From contig MU008171.1 of NCBI GenBank assembly GCA_010909165.1, positions 1,178,001 to 1,242,000 of the forward strand: a DNA stretch of 64,000 bases. The letters run 5' to 3'. Position 1 is the stretch's first letter. Every line of letters starts with the position of its first letter. The notes beneath the pieces are model-generated. The model ran no database searches. It had not been told where the DNA came from and worked only from the letters and a program-made list of their open reading frames with translations. This document shows, piece by piece, positions 1 to 12,677 of the stretch. Source of the DNA: Anthoceros angustus (lineage: Eukaryota > Plantae > Anthocerotophyta). A program made the position numbers and the translations under genes.

Positions 1-265
1 GCAGATTTGCGTGGGCCATGTTGCCCCCAGCCATTGATAAATGCAGCGGGGCCTGTTGGCGGGGTTAGCGGGGGATGCACCAGCATGCTAAGGCATGGCC
101 GCTAGGGTCCGGGGAAACACACCAGAATCTCTATCGGGATCTTAACGTCATGTCATCGCCAGCGTGCTTGGACCTACGTAGTGCTGGCTCTCGCGGTTGT
201 AGGTTTTGAAGCCCGTGATTCCAAAGCTCAACTTTCTCCGGTTGTTATGTTGACCTGGAGGAGAA

Positions 266-2319
266 ATGTGGGAACGTGCAGCGCGAAGGTATGGGTGGGC
301 TCTGAAAGTCCTATGGTTTGCAGTTCACGCCGGGTGCATTGGGGGCCTATTGGCTATCGATCAAGATGTCCGCCAGAGTGTGTTGGATCGGAGCTGGTAC
401 TGTTGCTGTTTCGAGATAGTCTTTTTGCTGGCTTTGATTGTACTGAACGCAAAGCACAGCTGGACCTGATGGCGTCTCTTTTGCATCAGGTACGTAGTGG
501 TGTATGTCGTCTTGCTCCTCATCACGACTGTTCTGTACCTCTACACTGCAGGATCGTCTCCCGGGTAGGCCAGCCAATCTCTGCTTTAGTTTTCCATTTG
601 AGGCAGTATGAAGGGCTTGAGATGTAGGTTGGGTCTGTTTGTGCTGGATACTTGAATTCCGACATCTGGTGTGGCCTTTGGCAGCTATGTTGTGGACGTG
701 ATGGAGGAGGATGGCACGTTTGAAGAAAGCGTGAAGGCTGCACAAGAAAGGACCTCAGCGTGGTGGTATTGAAAAATTTCATCTGTCATATACTTGGCTG
801 CATGTAGATACTTGGTGTGAATGGCTGGCCTCTGTATGGAGCCAGCCTGGAATGAAGTCCATGTATTTGCTTTTGACTTCACCTTTGGAAGTCAGGATTA
901 CAGCACACTCCGCAACTTCATCATATGGATCAACGTCTGGAATCAATCAACAGGAGAGGTTGGAGAAAAGTGCTGGCAATGGGAGGCACGTGTCTGGTCC
1001 AGTGTCGGAGACCAGCCCATTGCTAGGTGGAAGCAGTAGCAAGCAGTTCAGAGTTGCAAGCTCTCCCGAAAGAAGCTCTCCTTTAGATCCTCATGTTCTA
1101 CATGACAACAGGTATCTTGCGAGCATGGTAGATGAAGTTTTCTTTGTTACTTACATGTTCATGCTGCTGTGTAGATCTGAACTGGTATCGTGTCGCCTTG
1201 TCATTGATCAGATAGACCTTTTTTGCACACCTACGAGGTTATGGTGTACTGGAGCATGCCTTTTGCTGATTGATCTCGAATGTCGTCTTGTCCCAACAGT
1301 TGGCGCTGTTCATATTGTCGTGTCTTGCAGGTATGTCAGCTAAAGCTTGTCATTTTGAAACTTCACAGATGTTCCTTTTGCGATAAGATGGTGTGACAGA
1401 TGTCATGCTGTTTTGATGCAGCCATTGCGCACCAAGCACTGCCATGACTGTAACAAATGTGTGCTTCGTTTTGATCACCACTGTGTGTGGTTGGGTACTT
1501 GTGTTGGACAACAGAATCATTGTAGATTTTGGTAAGCATGTTGGTTTACGTTTTCCAGAGCAGTATGACACCGTAGTGCAGTGGGAGCAGGTTGATGGCT
1601 TTCAACAACTCAGGGCTCATCGTGTGCTGTTATGGTGAATGTACAGGTGGTTTGTAACAGGCCAGACGACGTTGTGTGCCTGGACAACGATTCTCTACTT
1701 CATGTCTTTCAGCAAGAAGAGCTCGCGTGAAGGGTAAGCTGTGACCGAAACGTTCACATTGCGATTAGGTGAGGGTCCTCTAACTCTATCATCGACGTCT
1801 CATGACTATGTGGTGCAGAATCCCAAAGGGCGCCATTTTGCTGGTCGTGTCTGTGTCTCTTCTGACGTGCCTGATGTTTTTGGTGACGCTTCTGGCATTC
1901 CACACGTGCGTCTTCCCCCACCTTGCCCTCTTTGCCTTGATAGTCACCAAGCTTCTCACTGACTTTTTCAACTTGATGCGGTCCACAGCTACATGGTGGT
2001 GACCAATCAAACAACATATGAGATGACGAGACGCAAACGAATCCCTTATCTCAGGTCATCCTATATGCCTGGGAGGGTGTTCTTGCAAGTGGTTCTAGAG
2101 AATTAAAGCACTACACCCTGCTAAATCAAGCGTTGGGTGTGTTGTGCGTGCAGAACGATGCCAGCCAACGTCCACCCTTTCAGCAGGGGTTGCAAGAAAA
2201 ACATACATGACTTCTGCTGCACCCCTTCGGATGCTCACCCTATTTATCAGCTCCCTGCACCGGACCAGCTGGAGAGGCCTTACAGGTGCTGGGGAAGCAG
2301 ATATGTGAACTGCGTATAG
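266..2319 (+). CDS. PAT10: DHHC protein S-acyltransferase, PAT10-like (multi-exon)
   Basis: Exon at ~1420-1530 reads [33 protein letters not shown] (DHHC-CRD). [18 protein letters not shown] at ~2000-2054 and last exon [20 protein letters not shown]...[14 protein letters not shown] resemble Arabidopsis PAT10. N-terminal TM exon starts at ATG 266. Confidence 0.88.
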
Positions 2320-3347
2320 GAGGGCATGCCCTCCCAGTGGCCTGAAGAGGTCGGACTGTGCGGATTTTTTGTCCTGAATACTGAGTAGAAGGCACAGTGC
2401 CACCACCTACATAGGTACTCACAGGTGTGTGTGAGCCATGTATTAATCGAGGTGGTCATTGTGAGTAATGCCATTTTGGGCTGCCGCTCTGCTGTCCTGC
2501 GCTGTACTCTTTGTGCTGTGTGCTGTTATGTCGTCGCTCGGCGGGGAAAAGCTTGTTGGTCGAGGTTGTAACAGGACAGGCCAGGCAAGCCATCGGTCAC
2601 GGTGGCGATGCACATAGAAAGTGAAGGACCGAAAGGCGCGCGTTCCAGCTTCCAGGTACATGTGCAGACCAAAATGGGTTGTTGCAGAACAGCGACCCAT
2701 CATGAACGGTCTGACCGTCACCAGGTGTCCTCTTGACGATACGAGGAGGAGCGAGGAGCAAGCATCAATCGTCTGGGTGCACTGCCGGCTACTGCGCTGG
2801 CCCCCACGTGGAGCCCTTTCTTCGCGTTTCTTCTACAGAAGTACGTGTACATACTACGCATTTACGTGGAGATACTAGTACGTAGTATGGTAATTTGCTA
2901 GTGGTAGTGGCGGTGGACCCCACCCTAAGCTTATCCTCTCTACTCCTTGTTAACTCTTTGTTTTGGTTGTAGTCTTTTATCAGAAAGCTGAACTCGACTC
3001 GCAGAGACTTTATGGACAGGGCATACATGGACATAGTGTGTATGTATGTCGATATATGCGGTGGCTGTGCGTTGGTGCCAACGTTCAGCTCATGTCACTT
3101 ACTCCCCCAGTGTTTTGTCTACGGACCGTGAAGTTTGAGTAAAAGTGTAATGAATTAGAGGAACGAGTAGGAGGCATTCGGGATTATACGCTGGTAGCTT
3201 GATTGACGACCAAACCAGAGCCCAGCGTGGAAGCGGCTAAAAGCAGGTGACTACATATGTACATAGTTGTTTTTGGGCGATATCTTGAGAAGGTCTGCAG
3301 CAATTTCTCCGGGCTCACGTTCCTTGACCTTCACTTATTGTACGGGA

Positions 3348-3390
3348 GTGCTGGGTGCTGGGTGCTGGGTGCTGGGTGCTGGGTGCTGGG
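3348..3390. repeat. (GTGCTGG)n heptamer microsatellite, ~6 copies
   Basis: Directly visible tandem repeat. Confidence 0.9.
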
Positions 3391-3835
3391 ATGCAGGGGC
3401 GCGTCGGCGCTTTCTGACGCATTTGGTGTTGGGGGTTTTGAAATGCTTGACGCCGGGCATTGAATTCGTTCTCTCCTGGTTTTGTGGAAGAGATGTTTCT
3501 TCCCATCATGTATGTGGCCATCTTTTTTTTTGTGGTTACAGTCTACAAGCCCAGGGCATGGAGCCATGGGCCCCCATGCCTGTCTTCCATCCATCAGCTC
3601 CCATTCGCTCATGACGAGACACGGACTCACGGACATTGGACGGCCAGAGCGACCGGACCCTTTGGGTGGAAACTGGAAAGCCGTGGGGTCTTCCTCGTGG
3701 TTTGAGGAAACGGGCACCTGCGTGCATCGACTCACGTCATCACAGAGTATGTATGCATGTGATGAATTCCTGGTCAGCATACATGCCGCGGTACGTATGT
3801 TCGTAAAGAACGATGATATGATGAGATCCTCATTG

Positions 3836-3860
3836 GATGCGATGCGATGCGATGCGATGC
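3836..3860. repeat. (GATGC)5 microsatellite
   Basis: Directly visible. Confidence 0.9.
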
Positions 3861-4085
3861 ATCCATCCACAGCCTGTCCCGACTCCCACAGTGTGTAAAA
3901 TAGCAGGACAAAAGGGATCGGGATTTGCGGGTGATGGGATGCCAGTGCCAGCCGCGTTGACAGCGGACACGGTCCCGGGGCCTGCCGCCTGGGGCCCGGC
4001 CTCCAGCCCCCAGAGGGAGTCCAAATGTGGGCGGTACCGGCGCCCACTGCAGTGCCACAGTGCAAGTGCACCACAAGCCTGGGCC

Positions 4086-4128
4086 CGACTCACGACTCAC
4101 CACTCACCACTCACCACTCACCACTCAC
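4086..4128. repeat. (ACTCACC)n heptamer microsatellite; a further (CTGGAGT)3 at ~4260-4283
   Basis: Directly visible upstream of the RLK gene. Confidence 0.85.
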
Positions 4129-4624
4129 GCTCAGAGGACGGAAACGGGAAAGTCGCGTCTCTATCTCGGTTCTCCCAGCGACCGTGTTCGTTGGCAGGCT
4201 GTAAGCCCAGCCCAGTCCAGCCCCCTGCCGCCCTCTCCTCTCTCCGTTGGCCAACCCCTCTGGAGTCTGGAGTCTGGAGTCTGGACCCGAGGTTCCCGTC
4301 CCATGGCCTAGGCGCCACCGCTGCTGCTGCCCCCTGACCCTGACCTCTACCCCCAGTCGGCGCCCACTCTGCTTGCCTCCCCTCGCACCTCCCACCTCCC
4401 ACCTCCCGCAATTCCCCATCTGTCCTCGCTTCATCCCGCTCTAATTTCTCTCCAACCCACTCCCCGCTGCGGGAGCGGCACCGCCCACCAGCTGCGGAGG
4501 TCCCGCCAGTGCCGAGATCTGCACTCTGTGCTACCGGAATTCGGAGCCCGGGAGCGGGAGAGTGGGAGGTTAGACTCTAGGAGCTTTCTGTTAGTGGGTA
4601 CTAGTAAGGGGCGGAAGGGAGGGA

Positions 4625-7600
4625 ATGGCCGGCAGGAGCTGCCGCCCGGTGGCCGCGCTGCTGCTCCTGCTCTGCGCTTTGCACCTCTCCTGCCGCCCGG
4701 CGCAGTCGGTGTCCGTGCCCGAAGGTGAGTGCTTCGTCCTTCCCTCCTTCCGCGCTTGTAATTTTGTCTCCGCTGCTCACCGATCCGGTGGCCGTCCCCA
4801 CGCGCAGCAAATGCGTTGCAGGCATTGAGCGTTGCCTGGAATGGGAGGGACGCGCTGGGCTGGACCTCCGCCGATGTTTGCTCTTGGAAGGGGGTGACGT
4901 GCTCCCCCGACAACTCCCAGGTCCAGCAACTGTACGTGAACTTCCCCTCCCTCTCCTGGCGCATCCTCTTGCCTGTTCCTTTCGTTTGCGGCTCGTCTCA
5001 CGAGTGGGCTTACTTTGGGCTGGGAATGGCAGGAACTTGCAAAGCGAGAATGTGACTGGAAGTATTCCCCCGGACATCGGGGGCCTTGTCAACCTCCAAA
5101 TTGTGTGAGTTCCCTTCATCCTCGGATTGCATCCGCTTCGCAAGCATGGGAATATCCGGTTACTGACCTTACGTGGGATCGCAGTCAATTGGCCTTCATG
5201 ACTGGGCTTGGCGGCCAGCTTCCCGCACAGCTGGGTCTGCTCATCAATTTGGGCACGCTGTACGTCGCCTCACTCCACCAAGTTGGTCATGCTTGCTTGC
5301 TTTCGTTTTGCGTCTCGCTTTGAACACGCGTTCTGGTGCTGCAGGAATCTGCAACAATGCGCCTTTTCTGGACCTATTCCCAGTGAGCTAGGTCAACTGA
5401 AGAATCTCAAGTTCTTGTACGCTACCCAACATGCTTTCGATGAGCTAGTCTATGCTGCCTGAGTGCTTGTCTTCGAGATGAAGTGGGTGATGATTATACA
5501 ACCACTCCAGCTCCTGAATGGGCTCGGTTTGCCGTGACAGGGCATTGAATGGCAACAATCTTAACGGAGGAATACCTTCCGAGCTTGGTGGTCTTGCCCA
5601 ACTGTACTGGTTTGATTTGTCTGATAATCAACTCGAGGGATCGATTCCAGTGTCTTCAGCTTCTCCGACTAATAGTGGCGTGGACAATCTCACCAGTCTC
5701 ATCCACATGTGAGACTCTCTCTGTGCTGGACCAGTTTTCCCGCAGATTGTGTGCAAATTGGCTCATCTGTGTCTCAGGCGTGTTTGCTCACCTCCAACTT
5801 CCTATGTGCGCCAGGCACTTCAACAACAACACTCTGTCAGGGGTGATACCGGTTGAAATACTCAGTCTCCCCAAGCTACTTCATCTGTGAGGGCCTTTAC
5901 CGAGTTGCCACTCAGCTTGCTTTTCTGTCTCACCCCTTGCCTAATTCGCTTCCTTTTCTCATCTTTGTGAGCAGATTACTGGACTCGAACAATTTTGGTG
6001 GACCAATTCCTCCTGAAATTGGAAATCTTCAGAGCTTGGAGATCCTGTACGTTCTGCAACTGATCTGATTTACCATTTGCTCACGTACTGTTGGACGAGC
6101 CAATTTCGGTGGACTAACCCACGGAAAGTGATGCTGCAGGAGGCTTCAACACAACGGCTTCATTGGTGACATTCCTGCGGAAATCTCTCGAATCAGTACC
6201 CTGACGGAGTTGTACGTGTCTACAACATGTTTTCCTTTCCTTTCTGTGGGGTTCCCGCATTTGAGTAGTGATAATGCTTTCTTTTCATTCCTTCACGAGG
6301 ATCAAAAGCTCGTCATCGACACCTCAGTGCTCACATCATCGAGTTTGCTGGTTTCCAGGCATCTCAATGACAATCATCTAAGTGGGACTGTACCAGATCT
6401 ATCAGTTGGGGGAGGATTGGGTAACCTTACATTGTTGTAAGTGATATCCAGCAGCCCTTATCCTGCATCGTATCCGGAGTCACGTATTGTTGTTCCTGAA
6501 TTGAGCTCAAATTGTGTGTCCCAGGGACGTGAGCAACAACAACTTCAGTTCTCAACCGTTTCTTCCATTCGTCCAAAATTTCCAATATCTTGTGACGTTG
6601 TAAGCCTTTGATTGAGCTTCTTTCCCTCTTGGCGACTGGATGTGTAGATACGAGTAAGATAAGCCTGCTAACTGTCATTCTCCATGTAGCGTGGCGACCA
6701 ACTCCAATCTGGTGGGACCGATCCCCTCTAGCGTCTTCGCTTTGAAAGGCCTGAAAGAATTGTAAGTTTTACAACGTAAACATCCGTGTGCCTCTTGGAC
6801 CGGCCTGCGAATGCTGCTGCTTGCCCACGAGGTTCACCGTTAACAGTCATGGTTTACCTCTTGGCTGTCGTCTTTTGATTCGCAGGATTCTGAGCAACAA
6901 TGCCTTGAATGGGACCTTGCGATTTGGTACCCTTGTTTCATCGGCTCTGGACATAGTTTTACTGGACAACAATGGGATCGACGCTGTTGCACAACCGCTC
7001 CCGACGAACAGCTTTGAACAGATTTTGTAAGTGCATGGTTTTAGACTGTTGGACTTTTCATGTACTCACTGGTTCGAGGAGTCAAGTTGTCTCATTCTCT
7101 GCCAATCTGTGAGTGCAGGCTGCTGAATAACCCCGTGTGTAACAACGGGGGCGGGGGCTTGCCAAGCTCTTGGTGTATGGCAGAAGCTGCACCGCTTGTC
7201 TACTCTCAACAGAAGTGTCGCGGAGCAAAGTGCGATGGAACCAAGAGGCTGAATCGGGTCTGCGAATGCCACTTCGCTCTGGCTGTGACCATTCAATTGA
7301 CATCGCCGCCTTTCTCATTCGTAAACGACGACAAGGTGACGCAGTTTGAGGCTCTTTTGTCTCTGCAAACGTCCACACAGGCTGTCGTGCCAACTGCACA
7401 ATCTGCGCCCAACACCCGTATCAAGATGGACACACTGTTCTTCGCTAGTGACGGTGGAGATTTGGATATTGTTACTGCGCGTGATATAGTGGCAAACCTG
7501 TCAAGCCAAGTGATTTCGATTGCAGGATTTGGTCCCTATCTGGTTTACACACCTCCTCCTATCGAGTATCCTCCTCTGAGTAAGAACATCTGTCCCAGTG

Positions 7601-9102
7601 ATTGTCTGGCTTGCTTGCTGGAACGAGTTTTTTTTCCTAATTGCCCCGGTGCGTGTTCAGTTCTTTCCGGCAAATCAAAAATGTCAACTGGGGCGGTGGT
7701 CGGGATAATTGTAGCGGCTTTGGTCGTTGCGCTTCTCGTTGCTGCAATAGCATGGTATGCCTTTAGGCAGAAGAAGAGGGCTGAGAAGGCTGAAGGGATA
7801 AGCAAGCCATTTGGTACGTGTTTGGTTAGAGATACAGTCTTGACATCTGCGTGATTCCTTGTGGTGCCTGCCTGCTAATTTTATTTTTTTACTTCTGCAG
7901 CTTCATGGCCCGGAAAGGGAACAGGAGATGGCGGGGCTGCTCCCCAATTGAAAGGGGCTCGATGGTTCTCATTTTCGGATCTGAAAAAAGCTACAGGCAA
8001 TTTTGTTGATAGTAATGAGATTGGAGTGGGAGGTTATGGCAAGGTTTACAAAGGCAGACTGGAGACAGGAGAGGTTGTGGCCGTGAAGAGGGCGCAAGAA
8101 GGCTCGATGCAAGGGGCGGCTGAGTTCAAGACGGAGATAGAACTTCTTTCCAGGGTTCATCACAGGAACCTTGTGGGGCTTGTTGGCTTCTGTTATGAAC
8201 AAGGGGAGCAGATGTTGGTCTACGAGTTCATGGCAAATGGCACATTGAGGGAGCACCTTCTTGGTTGGTACTCGTCCGACTGCTCCTCTTCTGCCCCTCA
8301 TTCTTAAGTTATCCTAGTTGGCATGTTTGTTGAAAATGTATGGTTCTGCTTTCACTGCAGGTAAGATTGGGGTCCCTCTCAGCTGGAGCCTAAGATTGAG
8401 CATAGCGGTGGGCTCGGCTAGAGGGCTTGCTTACCTGCACGACCTAGCCAATCCACCAATCATTCACCGAGATATCAAGTCCAGTAACATTTTACTGGAT
8501 GAGAAGATGACTGCGAAGGTGGCTGATTTCGGCCTCTCCAAACTGGCACCAGATGGCGATGGCAAGGCTCACGTTTCAACACAGGTCAAGGGCACGCTGG
8601 TAAGTGATTTGGGTGTAGGTGTGTGGAGCGTCCTTTGCTTTCTTGAAGTTGCGGCAGTCTCTTTACCTCTAGACCTTCACTGTTACAGGGATATTTAGAC
8701 CCCGAATACTACATGACACAACAGCTGTCCGATAAGAGTGATGTTTACAGCTTTGGTGTAGTCCTCCTTGAGATCATCACAGCCAAGCAGCCTATAGAGC
8801 GAGGGAAGTACATTGTGCGTGAAGTGAAGACAGCACTGGATAAAGGGGGCATGGCTGCTTTCCGATCTCTCCTCGACCCATTCCTCACAGACTACAATCC
8901 CCAGGATCTGAAGACGTTCTTGGACCTCGCACTTCGATGCGTAGAAGAGGCTGCAGCAGATCGACCAACCATGGGGGAGGTTGTAAGGGACTTGGAGGCT
9001 CTGATGGGACACAGCTACCCCGACTCCGGCAACGTCGCTGTCAATGTGAACGACAAGTTTGATTCAGGGGACTATACCACACTCCCTCCGGCAGCTCGAT
9101 AG
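4625..9102 (+). CDS. LRR receptor-like kinase, subfamily LRR-VIII-1 (HPCA1/CARD1, At1g79620-like); many short exons
   Basis: Signal peptide [38 protein letters not shown], single-LRR exons ([36 protein letters not shown]; [12 protein letters not shown]), Cys-rich juxtamembrane region, [27 protein letters not shown], kinase [12 protein letters not shown]...[12 protein letters not shown]...[12 protein letters not shown]...ADFGLSK...TQVKGT. Confidence 0.93.
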
Positions 9103-9578
9103 TGTGGAATTTTCAGAGCACGGAGTTATTTCTAGGCCTCTTCTGAGTCGGGCTCTGAGGCGTTGAGCGTCTCTTCATCTGGGGCCTTTCGTCCATGTTC
9201 CCCGAGAGAGCAGATTTGGAGTCGCATTGTGGATTCGGGTGCACGTTGCCAAGCTGGAAGAGGCGGGGATTCGAGCAAGTCGGTGGAGCCGGCTGAGATC
9301 CTGTATGAGTCTGAATCCCATTTCGTGCATTTAGAAGTTCTGTGGTGTGAGTTGTCTTGCTTGTGGTGATCTGAGAGCTTCGATGCGTGGACGGCGTTCC
9401 ACATTTGGTTCATGAGCGTGGGCATGAATGGATTGCCACGCCTCTGAATTGTAGTATTTAAATTGTACAACACAGTATGCACAATCAACAGTGGAGTCTG
9501 CACACCTGTGACTCACTAGATCAGTACTCTCTGCAGTTTTTCGCTCCTCCAATGGACCATTTGTCTTGCAGTCTTGCC

Positions 9579-11737
9579 TCAAGGCTGCTTCACAACGGCT
9601 TCCTCGATCTCGGTGGGAGTGTGCTCGCTGTACTCCACGATGGATGCAGGCGGAAGGTGGCCTGTGGCAATTGAGTGAACGGTCGAAAAGAGTGGAAAGG
9701 CCTGTTCCCAGCCCCTGGCTTTGAGCACTTCGAACACCTCCGCTGCTGTCAGCACACCCTGCCGTCCAAGCTGTTTGTCAGCCGTCTGCAAGGTGACAAG
9801 CAAAGGGTGGGCAAGGACGTACATGTACCGGTGACCATGAACATCTGTACCTGGAGCTTCTGTCCTTGTAGCAGTTCTGCTTCCAGCTCGTCAAATGAGC
9901 TGCCGGATTCCAAGGGCCCACGTGATCAGCTCCAGTTTAAGGTTACAGAAGACCAACAACCTTAAAGAAAGGAAACACGAACCGTTTGCCACCGGCCTTG
10001 GCGAATGCATCGGCTACCTTTCTGTTGCGACCGCCAACTGCGTGAGTGACAAGTGGAGCATACAATGAGGCTACAGTTACAGAGAGAGATTTCAGGGCTT
10101 CCGCAAAGTTGATGCGAAGGAGTGGCAACATTACGGCAAGTAGTGATGAGATCAGCCACTCCACAGCTCTCAAAGAACGTTGTGTCCCGTACTGAGGGGA
10201 ATAGCTTCTTCGAAAACGAGCGCATCTCACTGAAGCCGATTCTCATTATTGCGGCCTGCATCCAGTCAAGTCTGGCTTGGTGATTGCAAGCAAACTGATT
10301 CCCAGTGATGTTTGCTGTTCAAGCTTGGAGAACATGCATACCTTGGTATTGTTGCCCATCTGCAACCCATCCACCAAACCTATCAAGCAGATGATGTGCA
10401 TCAGTACCAGGCCGACGGTATACAGATCTTCAGCTACAAGATCTCTCTGTACATACCTGCGGCTATGGCAACGACATTTTTCAATGTTCCACAGAGCTCC
10501 ACACCCTCCACGTCTTGCACCTGCGGAAGACCACCCACTTAAGAAACTTGAGGCATATCCTTCGACCAGCATTTGAGGTCTGGAATCTCACCGCGGTCAC
10601 TTTGAAATAGGGTGTAGCAAAAGCTTGCACCCATCTGTCTGCTGTGTTCCTGTCTCCTCTGTAACCAACAGTGGCCTCGCTGAAGAGTTCAATCGCTATC
10701 TGCCCGGCCGAGAAGACAAGGATAAGCCAATTTCTATTGTTTCAGTTCGTCGACACCCATATGCCAAAAACATGAAGTACCTCGTTAGCAATATTGGCTC
10801 CCATGAGAACAGAGCATTCTATACCAAGCTGCTCTGAAATCTCGGCAGAAACCATGCGGGGACCCTCCTTTTTCACCTGCGAAGGAATACGAGGAACTCC
10901 TTAGACGGAAAAATGTTGACAACATTTGCATCCTAGATACACATGGTGTGCACTCACCTCCATCCCTTTAATCAATGAAATGGCCTTAGCATCACTCCGT
11001 ATCTTTCCTTTGATCCTCCTGCAGATTCCTTGAATGAACTGATGTGGGGTGACGAAAACCAGCATGGTGGCATCCCTGACTGATCAAAGCAGCCGAGGGT
11101 TGATAACACACCACAAAACATTTCGAGTACCAAAATTGTATTCTCTTCGGAGGAAAAGAAAAGCTGCAACAGTACCTGTGTTCTCGAGGTCAGGATCAGC
11201 CACGACATTCTCACCCAGGTGAATACCCGGCAGGTACTTGGCATTCACCTGAAACGTCAATGGCTAGAAGCATCAGAGGTGGAGCTCCATCAATGATTGA
11301 AAATTCTGTACACTGTCTCAAAAAAATGTTGGGGTCTGTGAGATGATAGGTCTGTGATCCTGATATATCACCTTCGTTTGATTGATGTGTTCAGAAAGTT
11401 TGGCTCCACAAGGTAAAATTTCCTCGTACACCCACATCCTCACCTCATCTGCGGATGCACTCCACACAGAAACATATGTATCTCATCTGCCAGACCAGCA
11501 CACTACCTCCTTCCCCGTGACGAAAAGCTGGACAAGCACTGGGCTGAACGCACCATGGAAAGAGAGCTGGGAACGCGCGTTGCTGGCCAGCAGCTTGGCT
11601 GCCACACTACCCCAATTTCCGCTCCCAATAACTGCAATTTTTTGCTTTCCAACAGCCAATGCATCGCGTTCGCCATTATGTTGCACACCGTCACTCAGAG
11701 GCTGGGCATCAACCACAAGCTCAAGCCCTGGAGCCAT
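9579..11737 (-). CDS. GPDH: NAD(+)-dependent glycerol-3-phosphate dehydrogenase (At5g40610/GPDHp-like); may have an extra upstream exon
   Basis: KIAVIGSGNWGSVAAKLLASN (Rossmann fold), TFFESCGVADLITTC, GGRNRKVA, C-terminal QGVLTAAEVFEVL...FPLFSTVHSI. A CAG acceptor lies 3 nt before ATG 11737, so the true start may be further upstream. Confidence 0.92.
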
Positions 11738-12677
11738 GGCCTGTGGTCGCAGCAAGAAAATGCCGCACAGATGAACTAACGCTATAGCAGTCCTCGCCGT
11801 CAGGCTGAATCTCGTCTTCTAACTGGCAGGGGACGCCAGAAACATTCCCAAACAAACAGCACCTGCCTCTTTGGGAAGAATGGCCAGCGAAATCCGCATG
11901 CAGCTGAGCTGATAGCAGCGGCACGCACGCACCGGGATGGGATGCTGCTGATTCCACAACAGGTGGATCGAATGGCTAATTGTTGGACAGTGAGGTTGTC
12001 CTCTTGCTCTGGGATTCGCGGGAGGTTTCACCTGCTCCTCAACTTGCCCAACACCTCTCTCTTCCAGGACCGCAGTGGCAGGCCCGACCGACTCCCGCAT
12101 CCCCGTGTCGTCCAGCGATTGTTCCTAGGACAAACATTCGAAAGGAGACCTCCGCGGCGGACAGCGCTTCAGTTCCTGGACACCCACATTGGGATGTGCG
12201 ACCCTGCGTCTCCCCTTGCACAGCTCCGAATTTCGAAGCTCCGACCCTCCGGAGAGGCCAAGAAGGCGGCATCGGGCTTCCCGCTCTGAACAGCCCCGCT
12301 CGTCCCCTGGAGCTTGGGACGGACGTCCTCTCTGCTACAGTTGATCAGCGGTTGATGCTTCATTTCTGGGATGAAGAGTAGGACTCCGGGCATACACTGG
12401 ATGTACGCGACAAGCCAGCATGCTGGTCTCATCTGGAGAAAAATTGGATCACACTAGTTGTCAGACCCAGGCTCGCGAGATCTGGAGATACTCTGTAGCT
12501 AGCTTATCTCCGTCTGCCTTATCCGTCTGCGCCATGTATCACTCTCATGAGAGTCTCTGGCGGTAGCGCTATCTGGTCCGGATAGGGACAAGCACATGGG
12601 TTGCTGTACAGTGTACAGAAGGGTGGTGGTGAACATGAGCCCGCCCTCGCCCAGCTGCCGGGATGCATTAAACCCTC

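Noticed and set aside
3257-4444. Overlapping ORFs upstream of the RLK
   Set aside because: GC-rich promoter/UTR with microsatellites; no domain or consistent splice model.
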